DNA of 37,902 nucleotides from Candidatus Binataceae bacterium (GTDB lineage Bacteria; Desulfobacterota; Binatia; Binatales; Binataceae). The notes below the pieces were generated by a model, which saw nothing but the letters and a program-made list of their open reading frames with translations, was not told the DNA's origin and did no database searches. Positions 1-8,700 of this stretch are shown piece after piece. The translations under genes were made by a program, and so were the position numbers. Position 1 is the first letter of the stretch; the number at the start of each line of letters is the position of its first letter. The stretch spans positions 1-37,902 of the forward strand of contig DATEGX010000094.1 in NCBI GenBank assembly GCA_035279875.1, written 5' to 3'.

Positions 1-396
1 AATCAAATGCTCGCGACCATCGCGTTGTGCGTCGCCACCAGCGCAATGATCCGCCAGGGTAAGGCGCGCTATGCCTGGGTAACGCTGACTCCACTCTTGT
101 GGCTGGTGGCGGTAACCATGACGGCCGGCTGGGAAAAGCTCTTGAGCCCGGCCGCCAATATCGGTTTCCTCGCTCATGCCGCGGTCCTGCAGGCTGAACT
201 CACGCGCGGCGGCACCAGTGCGGCGCGCGCGGCCGAAATAGCCCGCTTGATCTGGAATGATCGGGTCGACGCGATCATGACAGCAGTGTTCATCATCACG
301 GTCGTGGTCGTCCTGGGAGATTCGCTTCGCCTATGGACGCGCCTGTTGCTCGGCGCCGGTTCACGGAACGGGAAGCTGGAGGAGGCCGCCGCATGA
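1..396 (+). CDS. cstA: Carbon starvation protein CstA family transporter, C-terminal fragment (gene runs off the 5' edge)
   Basis: Frame 1 is open from the window edge to the TGA at 394-396. The translated tail (KARYAWVTLTPLLWLVAVTMTAGWEKL... then a final hydrophobic helix AIMTAVFIITVVVVLG) has the layout I recall for the last TM helices of CstA/BtsT transporters. It is followed by the small ybdD-type gene that typically trails cstA. Confidence 0.8.
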   Translation, partial: NQMLATIALCVATSAMIRQGKARYAWVTLTPLLWLVAVTMTAGWEKLLSPAANIGFLAHAAVLQAELTRGGTSAARAAEIARLIWNDRVDAIMTAVFIITVVVVLGDSLRLWTRLLLGAGSRNGKLEEAAA

Positions 397-605
397 GATC
401 GTGCGTTAGACCAAAGCTGCGTGGCGTCGTGTGGGTATTGCTCTCGCGGGCTGCCACGGTCTCCCGCGAATTCGCTCGCGAGATGCGCCGCTTGAATCAT
501 GGCGGCAATGGCTTGCCGGCCGGGTCAGATATGCGCAGGGAGCGCATCCGCGGATTCAAAGCCGCGCTAGCCGAGCGTTACCACGGGCAGACCCGATGCT
601 GTTGA
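393..605 (+). CDS. ybdD: YbdD/YjiX family small protein (DUF466), cstA-associated
   Basis: The ATG at 393 overlaps the cstA stop (ATGA). The product is 70 aa and ends ...AERYHGQTRCC, the C-terminal R-C-C ending I associate with the YbdD/YjiX family. The track ORF start at 333 is an upstream extension lying inside cstA. Confidence 0.7.
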   Translation: MRSCVRPKLRGVVWVLLSRAATVSREFAREMRRLNHGGNGLPAGSDMRRERIRGFKAALAERYHGQTRCC

Positions 606-687
606 AGCCCGCAGCCGATTGCCTTTCAGTGAGCACCCAATCCACAATCCGGCTGAGTCAGTCGAGGGCCACTACCTAATGCTTAAC

Positions 688-704
688 TAGGGGTTTTTCC
701 CCTA
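688..704 (+). terminator. Possible weak hairpin downstream of cstA-ybdD
   Basis: TAGGGG-TTTTT-CCCCTA forms a perfect 6-bp stem with a 5-nt loop, 83 nt after the ybdD stop. No U-tract follows, so terminator function is doubtful. Confidence 0.25.
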
Positions 705-787
705 CCACTCTAAGTAGATTTCAGACCGGACCTCCGCAGTATCCTGCTTGGTTGGAACGCGCCATCTAGGTAGGCTCGCTTTGGCGC

Positions 788-1729
788 ATGGCCCGACCGG
801 CCCTTTCTCCAAGAGGCGATCGGGCGGGGGGGAAAGGCTGGTGCAGTGTGAACGATCTACCGGTTTCCGTGTCGCGTTCCACGATTTCCAACGAGCCTGA
901 ATCGCCGGCCTTGGCATGGGGCAAAGGAGTGCGGCTGGAATCACTCGGCAATCTCGCCCACGAATTGCGCGCGCCCCTCCAGGTTCTGCTCGGCTACTTC
1001 GATATCCTGCGTGAAGACTATCTCGACGGCGCTGACGCCAGAGTCCGCGAAATCGTCGAGCGTATGAACAACAACACGTACGACCTCGCACAGGCGATCG
1101 ACAACCTGATGGAACACGCGCTCGCGGAAGCCGGCGCAGCCGCGCCAAAATCCGCGGAAGACGTCACGATGCGCAGTCTGGTGGCGGAAATCACGCCCGT
1201 GCTGGAAGCGGCCAACGCCCACAAGCGGCTCGAGCTTTCGTTCGATCTCGAGCGCGCGCCAGAAGTAATTCATGCGTCGCGGCGCGCTTTGCGCTCAATC
1301 CTGCTGAATCTGGCGCTAAACGCGATCAAGTTCACGGACGCGGGTTCTGTGGTGATCACGTTTCGTACCAGCAGGACTTCCGCCGCATACGAGATTCAGG
1401 TCAGCGACACCGGACCGGGCATGAGCCAGGCCGCGTTCAACCAGGCATTGAAGCCGTTCGCGCAACTGTCAGGTGGTAGCGGCAGGCGTCATCGCGGACT
1501 CGGCCTTGGACTTTCGGTGACTCAACGCAACGTCCGCGCTTTGGGCGGCCAAATCGAACTAACTACTTCGGCCGCCCGGGGCACAAATATCGTGGTCAAA
1601 TTTCCGATAACGGCGCATCCCCGGCATCATCTTCCGGAGCGCCGCAAAGGCCGGACGCCGCGGCTTGCGCTACCGGCGACCGTTCCGATCCCGCCTTCTC
1701 CCGGGAAGCGGGTCAGTCGCGGGCACTGA
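788..1729 (+). CDS. Sensor histidine kinase core (HisKA + HATPase_c), with no recognisable sensor or TM domain
   Basis: H-box LGNLAHELRAPLQVLLGY, N-box LLNLALNAIKFT, G1 VSDTGPGM, F-box FKPFAQL and G2 GLGLGLSV are all present. Only about 55 aa precede the H-box and no hydrophobic segment is seen. The start codon is uncertain because there is no clear SD at 788. Confidence 0.8.
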   Translation: MARPALSPRGDRAGGKGWCSVNDLPVSVSRSTISNEPESPALAWGKGVRLESLGNLAHELRAPLQVLLGYFDILREDYLDGADARVREIVERMNNNTYDLAQAIDNLMEHALAEAGAAAPKSAEDVTMRSLVAEITPVLEAANAHKRLELSFDLERAPEVIHASRRALRSILLNLALNAIKFTDAGSVVITFRTSRTSAAYEIQVSDTGPGMSQAAFNQALKPFAQLSGGSGRRHRGLGLGLSVTQRNVRALGGQIELTTSAARGTNIVVKFPITAHPRHHLPERRKGRTPRLALPATVPIPPSPGKRVSRGH

Positions 1730-1805
1730 AAACCCCTTTTTCGCGAAAACTTCGCCCCGAGCGGGTCCTGAAAGGGTGTGGTTTTATATGCTCGTGATGG
1801 ACGGC

Positions 1806-2417
1806 TTAGCGATAGTGCCGTAGCAGACCGACCACTACTCCGCGGATTCTGAGCCCTTCTTCGCTGACGAAGATTGGGTCCATGGTGGGATTGGCCGGCT
1901 GCAAACGCACGCGGCCGTCGGGTTCGCGATAATATCGCTTGACGGTCGCCTCATCACCGATCAGCGCCACGACCGTGTCGCCCTGGTCGGCGGCATCGCG
2001 TCCTTCGACGATGATGTAATCGCCGTCACGAATCCCTTCGTCAACCATCGATTCGCCCTTCACGCGGAGGCAAAAAGTGTTGTCGCGGCGGACGAAATCC
2101 TCTGGTACCGAGATCGTGTCGCGGCCTTCGATCGCCTCGATTGGAGCGCCGGCGGCGACCCGTCCCAAAAGCGCCAACTCGCGCGTGCCCGCGTGGCCAT
2201 TGCCGTGGCCCGAGACTTCGAGCGCCCGGCTATGATTGTGGGTACGCCGGATAAAGCCCTTGCCCTCGAGGTTGCGCAGGTGTTTGTGGACGGTGGCGAG
2301 CGACGAAAGCCCAAAGTATTCGCCGACTTCGGCCAGCGTGGGCGCGTACCCATTTTCCTCGATATAGTGCTCCAGGTAATCGACCATTTGCTTTTGCCGC
2401 TTGGTCAGCGTCGCCAT
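1806..2417 (-). CDS. lexA: LexA SOS repressor
   Basis: N-terminal wHTH (MATLTKRQKQMVDYLEHYIEENGYAPTLAEVGEYFGLSSLATVHKHLRNLEGKGFI), Ala-Gly cleavage site (VAAGAPIEA), catalytic Ser (KGESM) and Lys (VKRY). I prefer the ATG at 2417, which has GGAGG 10 nt upstream on the minus strand, over the track start at 2438. Confidence 0.92.
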   Translation of the reverse strand: MATLTKRQKQMVDYLEHYIEENGYAPTLAEVGEYFGLSSLATVHKHLRNLEGKGFIRRTHNHSRALEVSGHGNGHAGTRELALLGRVAAGAPIEAIEGRDTISVPEDFVRRDNTFCLRVKGESMVDEGIRDGDYIIVEGRDAADQGDTVVALIGDEATVKRYYREPDGRVRLQPANPTMDPIFVSEEGLRIRGVVVGLLRHYR

Positions 2418-2549
2418 AGAGTCCTGTCCTCCCGCCACAGCAGGGCCCGATTGTGGCGAAAATCAGGCGAAAGCGCAAGGCCTCAATGAACTAGGCGAAG
2501 AAAAGGTCACATTTGGTCGGAGCGAGGGTGGCTTGCCTTTGACGGTCCC

Positions 2550-3596
2550 TCAGTGCTCAAGGGCGCGCGAAAGAGCACGCGCCGTATAGCCGACCAGCGG
2601 AATTACCCGCTCGTAGTCCATCCGCACCGGACCGACCACCGCCAGACTTCCGAGCGGATTGCTGCCGCTGGCATAAGCGGCTGTCACCACGCTAAGGCCA
2701 GCCAGCCGCGCGTCGAGGTTCTCCGAGCCAATCAGAACGGTAAGGCCGCTTTGCTTGAGCGTCCGTTCGAGCAGGTCGAGCAGAGCGGTCTTGTCGTCCA
2801 GCGCACGCAGTAACTCGCGCGTCCGGCTCGGATCGGCAAATTCGGGCTGATCGAGGGCGGTACTGCTGCCTTCGACGTAGATTTCCGCTGGCACCGGATT
2901 GTTTGCAATTGCGCCACCGAGCACCAGCGCGCTGCGCATGAATTGATCGTAGGTCGCCCGCTCCAGGTTAAGCTGCCGCTCGATCCATTCGCGCATCTGC
3001 CGCAGCGTAAGCCCGCCCAGCGATTCATTAAGATATGCAGACATCCGATCCAGGTCGGCCTGGCCATAATCCTGCCCGGTACTCACCACCCGGCTTTGCG
3101 AGGCCCCCGCAGCGACGACGAAAATCGTCAGCACCTCGCGCTCGCGCAGGCGGACGAAACTGACATGCTCAACCTTGAGCGAATCGAGCCGTGGTGTCGT
3201 CACGAGCGCGGCCTGACCGGTCATCAGGGCGAGCAGCCGCGAGGTATCACGGATTACACCGTTGAGGTCGGCGGCTGGCGCCGAATAATGAAGCTCGATT
3301 TGGGTGCGGTCCTGGAACTGAATCGCAGTCGGAATCAGATGGTCGACGAAATAGCGAAAGGCCTGTTCCGTCGGAACGCGGCCAGCGGAGGTATGCGGCT
3401 GCATCAGGAAGCCCGATTCCTCGAGCTCACTCATCAGATTGCGTACCATCGCGGCCCGAATCCCCAATGGATGCTTCATCGCAAGCTGATGCGAGCCAAC
3501 CGGCTGGGCGGTCGTGATGAACTCGTGAATTGCCGCCAGCAGCAGCAAATGCTGCCGATGAGGTAATTCTTCGCTTCTACTGCCGTCTTCCATCAC
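2550..3596 (-). CDS. hrcA: Heat-inducible transcription repressor HrcA
   Basis: 348 aa. The N-terminal wHTH (RQHLLLLAAIHEFITTAQPVGSHQLA) and the overall length and architecture are typical of HrcA. Confidence 0.88.
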   Translation of the reverse strand: MMEDGSRSEELPHRQHLLLLAAIHEFITTAQPVGSHQLAMKHPLGIRAAMVRNLMSELEESGFLMQPHTSAGRVPTEQAFRYFVDHLIPTAIQFQDRTQIELHYSAPAADLNGVIRDTSRLLALMTGQAALVTTPRLDSLKVEHVSFVRLREREVLTIFVVAAGASQSRVVSTGQDYGQADLDRMSAYLNESLGGLTLRQMREWIERQLNLERATYDQFMRSALVLGGAIANNPVPAEIYVEGSSTALDQPEFADPSRTRELLRALDDKTALLDLLERTLKQSGLTVLIGSENLDARLAGLSVVTAAYASGSNPLGSLAVVGPVRMDYERVIPLVGYTARALSRALEH

Positions 3597-3816
3597 AAAC
3601 TGTAGCGAACTGCCGAATCTACACCCTCATCGATGCCCTTGATGAGTTAGCAAACACATCTATTTGATCTTGTTCCCTGCAACATAGGAGATTCAAGTCT
3701 TAAATTGGCCAGCGCTGTCCAACGATCCACACGCAAACCGCGCTGTTGGTAATAGATCGCGCCTGCTACGCTCTAATCGAAGCATGCTCTACGCTTCGCG
3801 CGCGACGTAAAGGCTT

Positions 3817-5418
3817 ATGCCACGTACGAGAAAAACAGTAAAACCCCGGGCGCTACATATACCGGTGGTCCAGCGCAACGCGTCGTGGCTCGAAAGCGAT
3901 GGTTACGACCGGCGGGCCTGGAGCGAACTGGGATTGAGCGCGCCCACTATCCGCGAGCTGGTCGAGGCGGGCGAAACCCTGGTGCCATACTTCGGTGCGC
4001 TGCTGGAAGACCTGTTCCTGGGCCTCTTCAAATACAACCTGGTATGGCTCGGAGCCGATGCCGTCCGCCGAAGCGCGGTCCTCAACCGCACCATACTGGA
4101 GCAGCTGGTTCCAACGCCCGGCTTCGAGATGCTCAAATCGCGCACTTTACTCGAGGAAGACAAGGCGGTTATCGCGGCATTGGTGCTTGGCGAGCAAGTC
4201 CTCGCAATGGTCCGATCCGAGAAGCTGGTCAACCGGCGCGAGATGCTCGATCTCTGGGATTTGAAGCATCAGGAGGAAACCCTCGAAGAAAGCGCGGCAG
4301 CGCTCAAGAACGCGGCCGATTTGTCCGAACAGCAGCAATCGGAATCCGGCAGCGATCCCGCAGGCGACAAGGAACTGCAGAAGAAGATCGACCAGCTCAA
4401 GGACGCGGCGTCGCGGGCCGCCCAGGTTGCGGAGGCCCGCCTCAACCAGAAAGCCCGGATGTTCGAAGAGCAGTTCCGCCACGGCGATCATTCGGAGATC
4501 AAGCGGCTCCAGCTGCGCAGCGCGCAACTCTCCGACGAGATCGATCGGGTCACGCAGGATAGCCACGATTTCAGCCTGGAATTTGGTCAGGGCGGGCGGC
4601 TGCCGGCCGGCGAACGGCTGGAATTGGGACGGCGTCTGGCGCGCAATAAGAAGCTAGGTGACCTTGCCCGGCTGGTCGGGCGCTTCAAGCAAGACGCCCG
4701 TGCACTCAGGCGTCATACGCTGGATCGCGGTGTCGCCGAAGCCTATGACATCGAGCGCGGCGCCGAGCTTGGCCGCTTGATTCCGGCCGAATTGGTCGCG
4801 CTGCACCATCCGGGGTTGCGAGCGGATTTCCGCCGCCGTCTGCTCGAAGGCGAGGTGCTGCAATATCGTCTGCGTGAAGACGAGCAGAAGGGCAAAGGCC
4901 CGATGGTGGTGTGTATCGACGTCAGCTCCTCGATGCAGGGTGACAAGGAGTTATGGGCCAAGGCGGTGAGCCTGACCCTGATGGATATCGCGCGGCGCCA
5001 GCGCCGGCTGTTCCGCGCCGTGATGTTTTCCTCGGGTCCCGAAAGTCTCAAGGTGCTCGATCTGAACGACCGCCGGCGCTATCAGCCGGAACTGGCCAAG
5101 GTGCTCGACATGGCCGAGTACTTTCCGGGCGGCGGCACTGATTTTCAGGCTCCGATCGACGCTGCCGTTGCGTTGCTCGAGGACAAGAAGCTCAAGCGCG
5201 GCGATATCGTCGTAATTACCGACGGCGAATGCCAGGTCGCGCCGCAATGGCTCGACCAACTGCGCCAGCGCAAGGAAGCGCTCAAGTTTACGATTTTTGC
5301 AGTGCTGGTAGATGTCGGCTCAAGCGAGCTGTCGACCTTGGCCCAGTTCAGCGACCGGGTGAGCTCGGTAAAGCAGCTCACGGTCGAGGGCGGCCGCGAG
5401 ATCTTCCTTAAAATTTAA
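3817..5418 (+). CDS. VWA domain protein, ViaA/CoxE-like (partner type of MoxR-class AAA+ ATPases)
   Basis: The C-terminal von Willebrand A domain has a MIDAS DxSxS motif (VVCIDVSSSMQGDKELWAKAVSLTLMDIA ... GGGTDF ... VVITDGE). The long helical, coiled-coil-like N-terminal half resembles ViaA as I recall it. Confidence 0.72.
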   Translation: MPRTRKTVKPRALHIPVVQRNASWLESDGYDRRAWSELGLSAPTIRELVEAGETLVPYFGALLEDLFLGLFKYNLVWLGADAVRRSAVLNRTILEQLVPTPGFEMLKSRTLLEEDKAVIAALVLGEQVLAMVRSEKLVNRREMLDLWDLKHQEETLEESAAALKNAADLSEQQQSESGSDPAGDKELQKKIDQLKDAASRAAQVAEARLNQKARMFEEQFRHGDHSEIKRLQLRSAQLSDEIDRVTQDSHDFSLEFGQGGRLPAGERLELGRRLARNKKLGDLARLVGRFKQDARALRRHTLDRGVAEAYDIERGAELGRLIPAELVALHHPGLRADFRRRLLEGEVLQYRLREDEQKGKGPMVVCIDVSSSMQGDKELWAKAVSLTLMDIARRQRRLFRAVMFSSGPESLKVLDLNDRRRYQPELAKVLDMAEYFPGGGTDFQAPIDAAVALLEDKKLKRGDIVVITDGECQVAPQWLDQLRQRKEALKFTIFAVLVDVGSSELSTLAQFSDRVSSVKQLTVEGGREIFLKI

Positions 5419-5730
5419 AGTTAAGCTTTAGCATTTTGAAATCTCCGATGGCCGGTCGCCAGCCGACATCTTTGTATCGTCTCGCTCGAACTCGACGGAT
5501 CGTCCAATTGTCGCTGAGTGATGCTATTGGCGTGTACAAGCGTTAAATGGGTCATCACCAACTCAGACCCGCCGTTTTAGGCTAAAAGCCTGCTAGACAT
5601 AGCCGCAAGCTCGTAGCTAAACTAACGCGCAAGTTTGTCTACTAATGCGCGATAACTGCCAAAGTACGACCTTTGGCTAAGCTCGGATAGCAATCAACAA
5701 CTCAGCTTTGTCATTTGCTTATTCGCCTGA

Positions 5731-8700
5731 ATGAGTTCCTTTAAACGGCAGACGGTTGGGCTGGCGATACTGCTGTCGGTCGTTGGGTTGTGCGTTTCGC
5801 TCGCCAATATCCCCCAGCGCGACAATCATCCGCCCAATGTCTCGCGAGCAGGCGACCGAGGTTCGAACCTTCCCGACCGTAACTCCGCGAGCGCTACCGG
5901 CTCGCACGTGCTCAACCTTCAGCGTCCTGTAGCCTTCGAACCCAACCGCGGCCAGACCAATCCGCGGTTCAAATTCCTCGGTCGAGGCGACGGCTACCGT
6001 CTGCTGGTCGGCCAGCACGAAGCGACGGTGCTATTCGACCGTCCGACTGGCGCGAACGTCGCGGCAACTCGATCTGCAAGGCCGGGCAGATCAGCAAAAG
6101 CCGCCCCGAAGCGTACGGCAATCGAGATGAAGCTGGTGGGCGCGCGGACCGCGCCGCCGATCGATGCCCAGGACCGACTGCCCGGCCGTATCAATTACCT
6201 CATCGGAAACGACCCGTCGCGATGGCATACCGGTATTCCGATTTACCGCAAACTACTCGAGCGCTCGGTGTGGCCGGGAGTCGATCTGGCGTACTACGGA
6301 AGCCGCAATCGGATCGAATGCGATTTTCTGGTCGCTCCTCGAGCAAATCCGGGCGTAATCGAACTCGAATTCGATGGCGCCAGGCGATTGACTATCGACG
6401 CTGGCGGCAACTTGCTGGTCGGCAGCGGCGAAAACAGTCTCAGGCTGCTGAAGCCGGTGGTATACCAGCCAGGGGCAACCGGTCGGCGCCGGATCGACGG
6501 CCACTATGAATTGAGCGGCCGATCGCGGGTCAAATTTAAGGTCGCCGCGTATGACCGAAGCCGGCCGCTGGTAATCGACCCGTTGGTGGTCGCTTTGGGG
6601 TATTCGACTTACCTGGGCGGGAGCGGCAACAGCGCCGCCGCGACCGGTGACTTCGCCAGCGGAATTGCGGTCGATTCGAAAGGCAGCGCCTACGTCACTG
6701 GCGGCGCTAGCTCAGCGGATTTCCCCATTATGGGCGCGTATCAGAGCACACTGAATGGCGCCTCAAACGCATTCATCAGCAAGTTTAGCCCGGACGGTCA
6801 GTCGCTGATTTATTCGACTTATATTGGCGGCAGCGGGACGAATGACGCCGCGAACGCGATCGCAATCGACAGCAGCGGCAACGCTTACGTAACCGGCCTC
6901 ACCAATTCATCCGACTTTCCAACCATGAACCCGTTTCAGAAGTCGTTGGCGGCCCCGACCTACGACAATGCGTTCGTTGCCAAGCTCAGCGCGGACGGGG
7001 CTTCCCTGATTTATTCGACCTACCTTGGCGGCACGACCTCGGATGTTGGCCGAGGGATTGCGCTGGGCAGCGACGACAGTGCCTATGTTACCGGTCTGAC
7101 AACTTCGACAGACTTCCCCACCGCGAACGCCTTTCAGAGTTCCGGCTTGTCCAGTGGCAGCGCGTTCGTCAGCAAGTTCAGCCCGCAGGGTAATACCCTG
7201 GTGTACTCGACCTATCTGGGCGGCTCGACCTCGGATCAGGGCGTAGCGATCGCGGTGGACTCCGCTGGCAGCGCCTACGTCACCGGTCTGACTGGATCGA
7301 AGAACTTCCCGACCACGACAGGCGTGTTTCAGAGTTCGCTGAGATCGACGGCCGGCAATGCTTTCGTGACTAAATTCAATCCCAGCGGAACATCGCTGGC
7401 ATACTCGACGTATCTCGGCGGCACCGGTCACGACATTGGGTTTGCGATCGCCCTCGATTCCAACGACGACGCTTATATTGTTGGCACCACCACTTCATCG
7501 GATTTTCCCCTCAAGAATCCGCTGCAGTCGAGCTTGAAGTCGCGGGGCGGCAACGCCTTCGTCAGCGAACTCAATAGCAACGGCAGCGCGCTTGTGTACT
7601 CGACTTATCTTGGTGGCAGCGGTTCCGGCGGTGACGGCGCGGCGGCGGTCGCGGTCGACTCGGCGGGCAACGCGTATATTGCCGGCGGAACGACGTCGCA
7701 GGATTTCCCGGTCTCCAATTTTTTCCAGCAAAACCTCAAATCGACCACGAGCAACGGTTTCGTGAGCGAAATCACCGCCAACGGCGCGGCGCTGCTCTAC
7801 TCGACCTTTCTCGGCGGGAGCGGCAGCGATCAGAGCACCGCGATTGCCCTCGATTCGAGCAACAACGCCTACGTGGCGGGCTTCACCAGTTCGTCGGATT
7901 TTCCGCTGCAAAACCCCTATCAGAACTCCCTCAAGGGGCCGCGCGACCCGTTTGTCGCCAAGCTGATCCTGATTGAAGTCACTCCTAGTCCCACGCCCAG
8001 CCCGACCCCCTCGCCAACGCCTACTCCGACTCCGCCGCCGCCAACACCTACACCAACCCCGATTCCAACCCCTACGCTAACTCCGAGCGGCTCGATCGCA
8101 GTCTCTCCGGGCGGGCTCGACTTTCACACGACCGGAATCGGGACCAGGCCGCCGACCATGAAACTCACGGTCAGAAATGTCGGCAAGCAAACACTCAACG
8201 GATTCGTCACCAATTCGGGCGGTCCCTACCAGACAGTTGCGGCGAGTCTCAACTTCCAGCTCGCCCCCAAGCGATCCTGGGTCCTGCCGGTGCGGTTCCA
8301 GCCATTCGCAGCCGGGCCCGCTCCGGCCGGCCAACTGCTGATAACCTCAAGCGATCCGCTGCACAGAAGCATCATGATCCCGATGAGCGGGACCGGCGCC
8401 GGTGGAAACCTTGCGCTGAGCATCGGTGGGGGCACTTTCAGTTTCCCACCGGGCGCCGCGGGCCGAACGATTTCGAAATCGTTCATCATCAGCAATACCG
8501 GCCTGGGTATGCTGCAGATAGACCGGCTCTCGATCGGAGGCCCTGACGCTTCGCTGTTCGGCTTCCGCCGACGAACCCGTACTTCATTTCAATTGGCGCC
8601 GCATGGCAGCCGCAAGATAACCCTGCACGGCACGCCCACGCGGAGCCACACTCTGAACGCGCAGTTGACGATTTTGAGCAACGATCCCAACCCGAATCGC

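Noticed and set aside
333-392. An upstream extension of the ybdD-type ORF (track start at 333).
   Set aside because: The extension lies inside cstA in another frame. The ATG at 393 gives the family-typical ~70-aa product and the ATGA coupling to the cstA stop.
2421-2437. CTGT-N9-ACAG next to the lexA start, resembling the E. coli SOS box.
   Set aside because: The spacer is 9 nt, not 8, and is GC-rich. On the coding strand the sequence contains the GGAGG ribosome-binding site 10 nt from the ATG, so it is better explained as the RBS.
3626-3652. CTCATC-N9-GATGAG followed by TTAGCA in the hrcA upstream region, considered as a degenerate CIRCE.
   Set aside because: Only the 9-nt spacing and a TTAGCA fragment resemble CIRCE. 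The conserved GCACTC/GAGTGC cores are absent.
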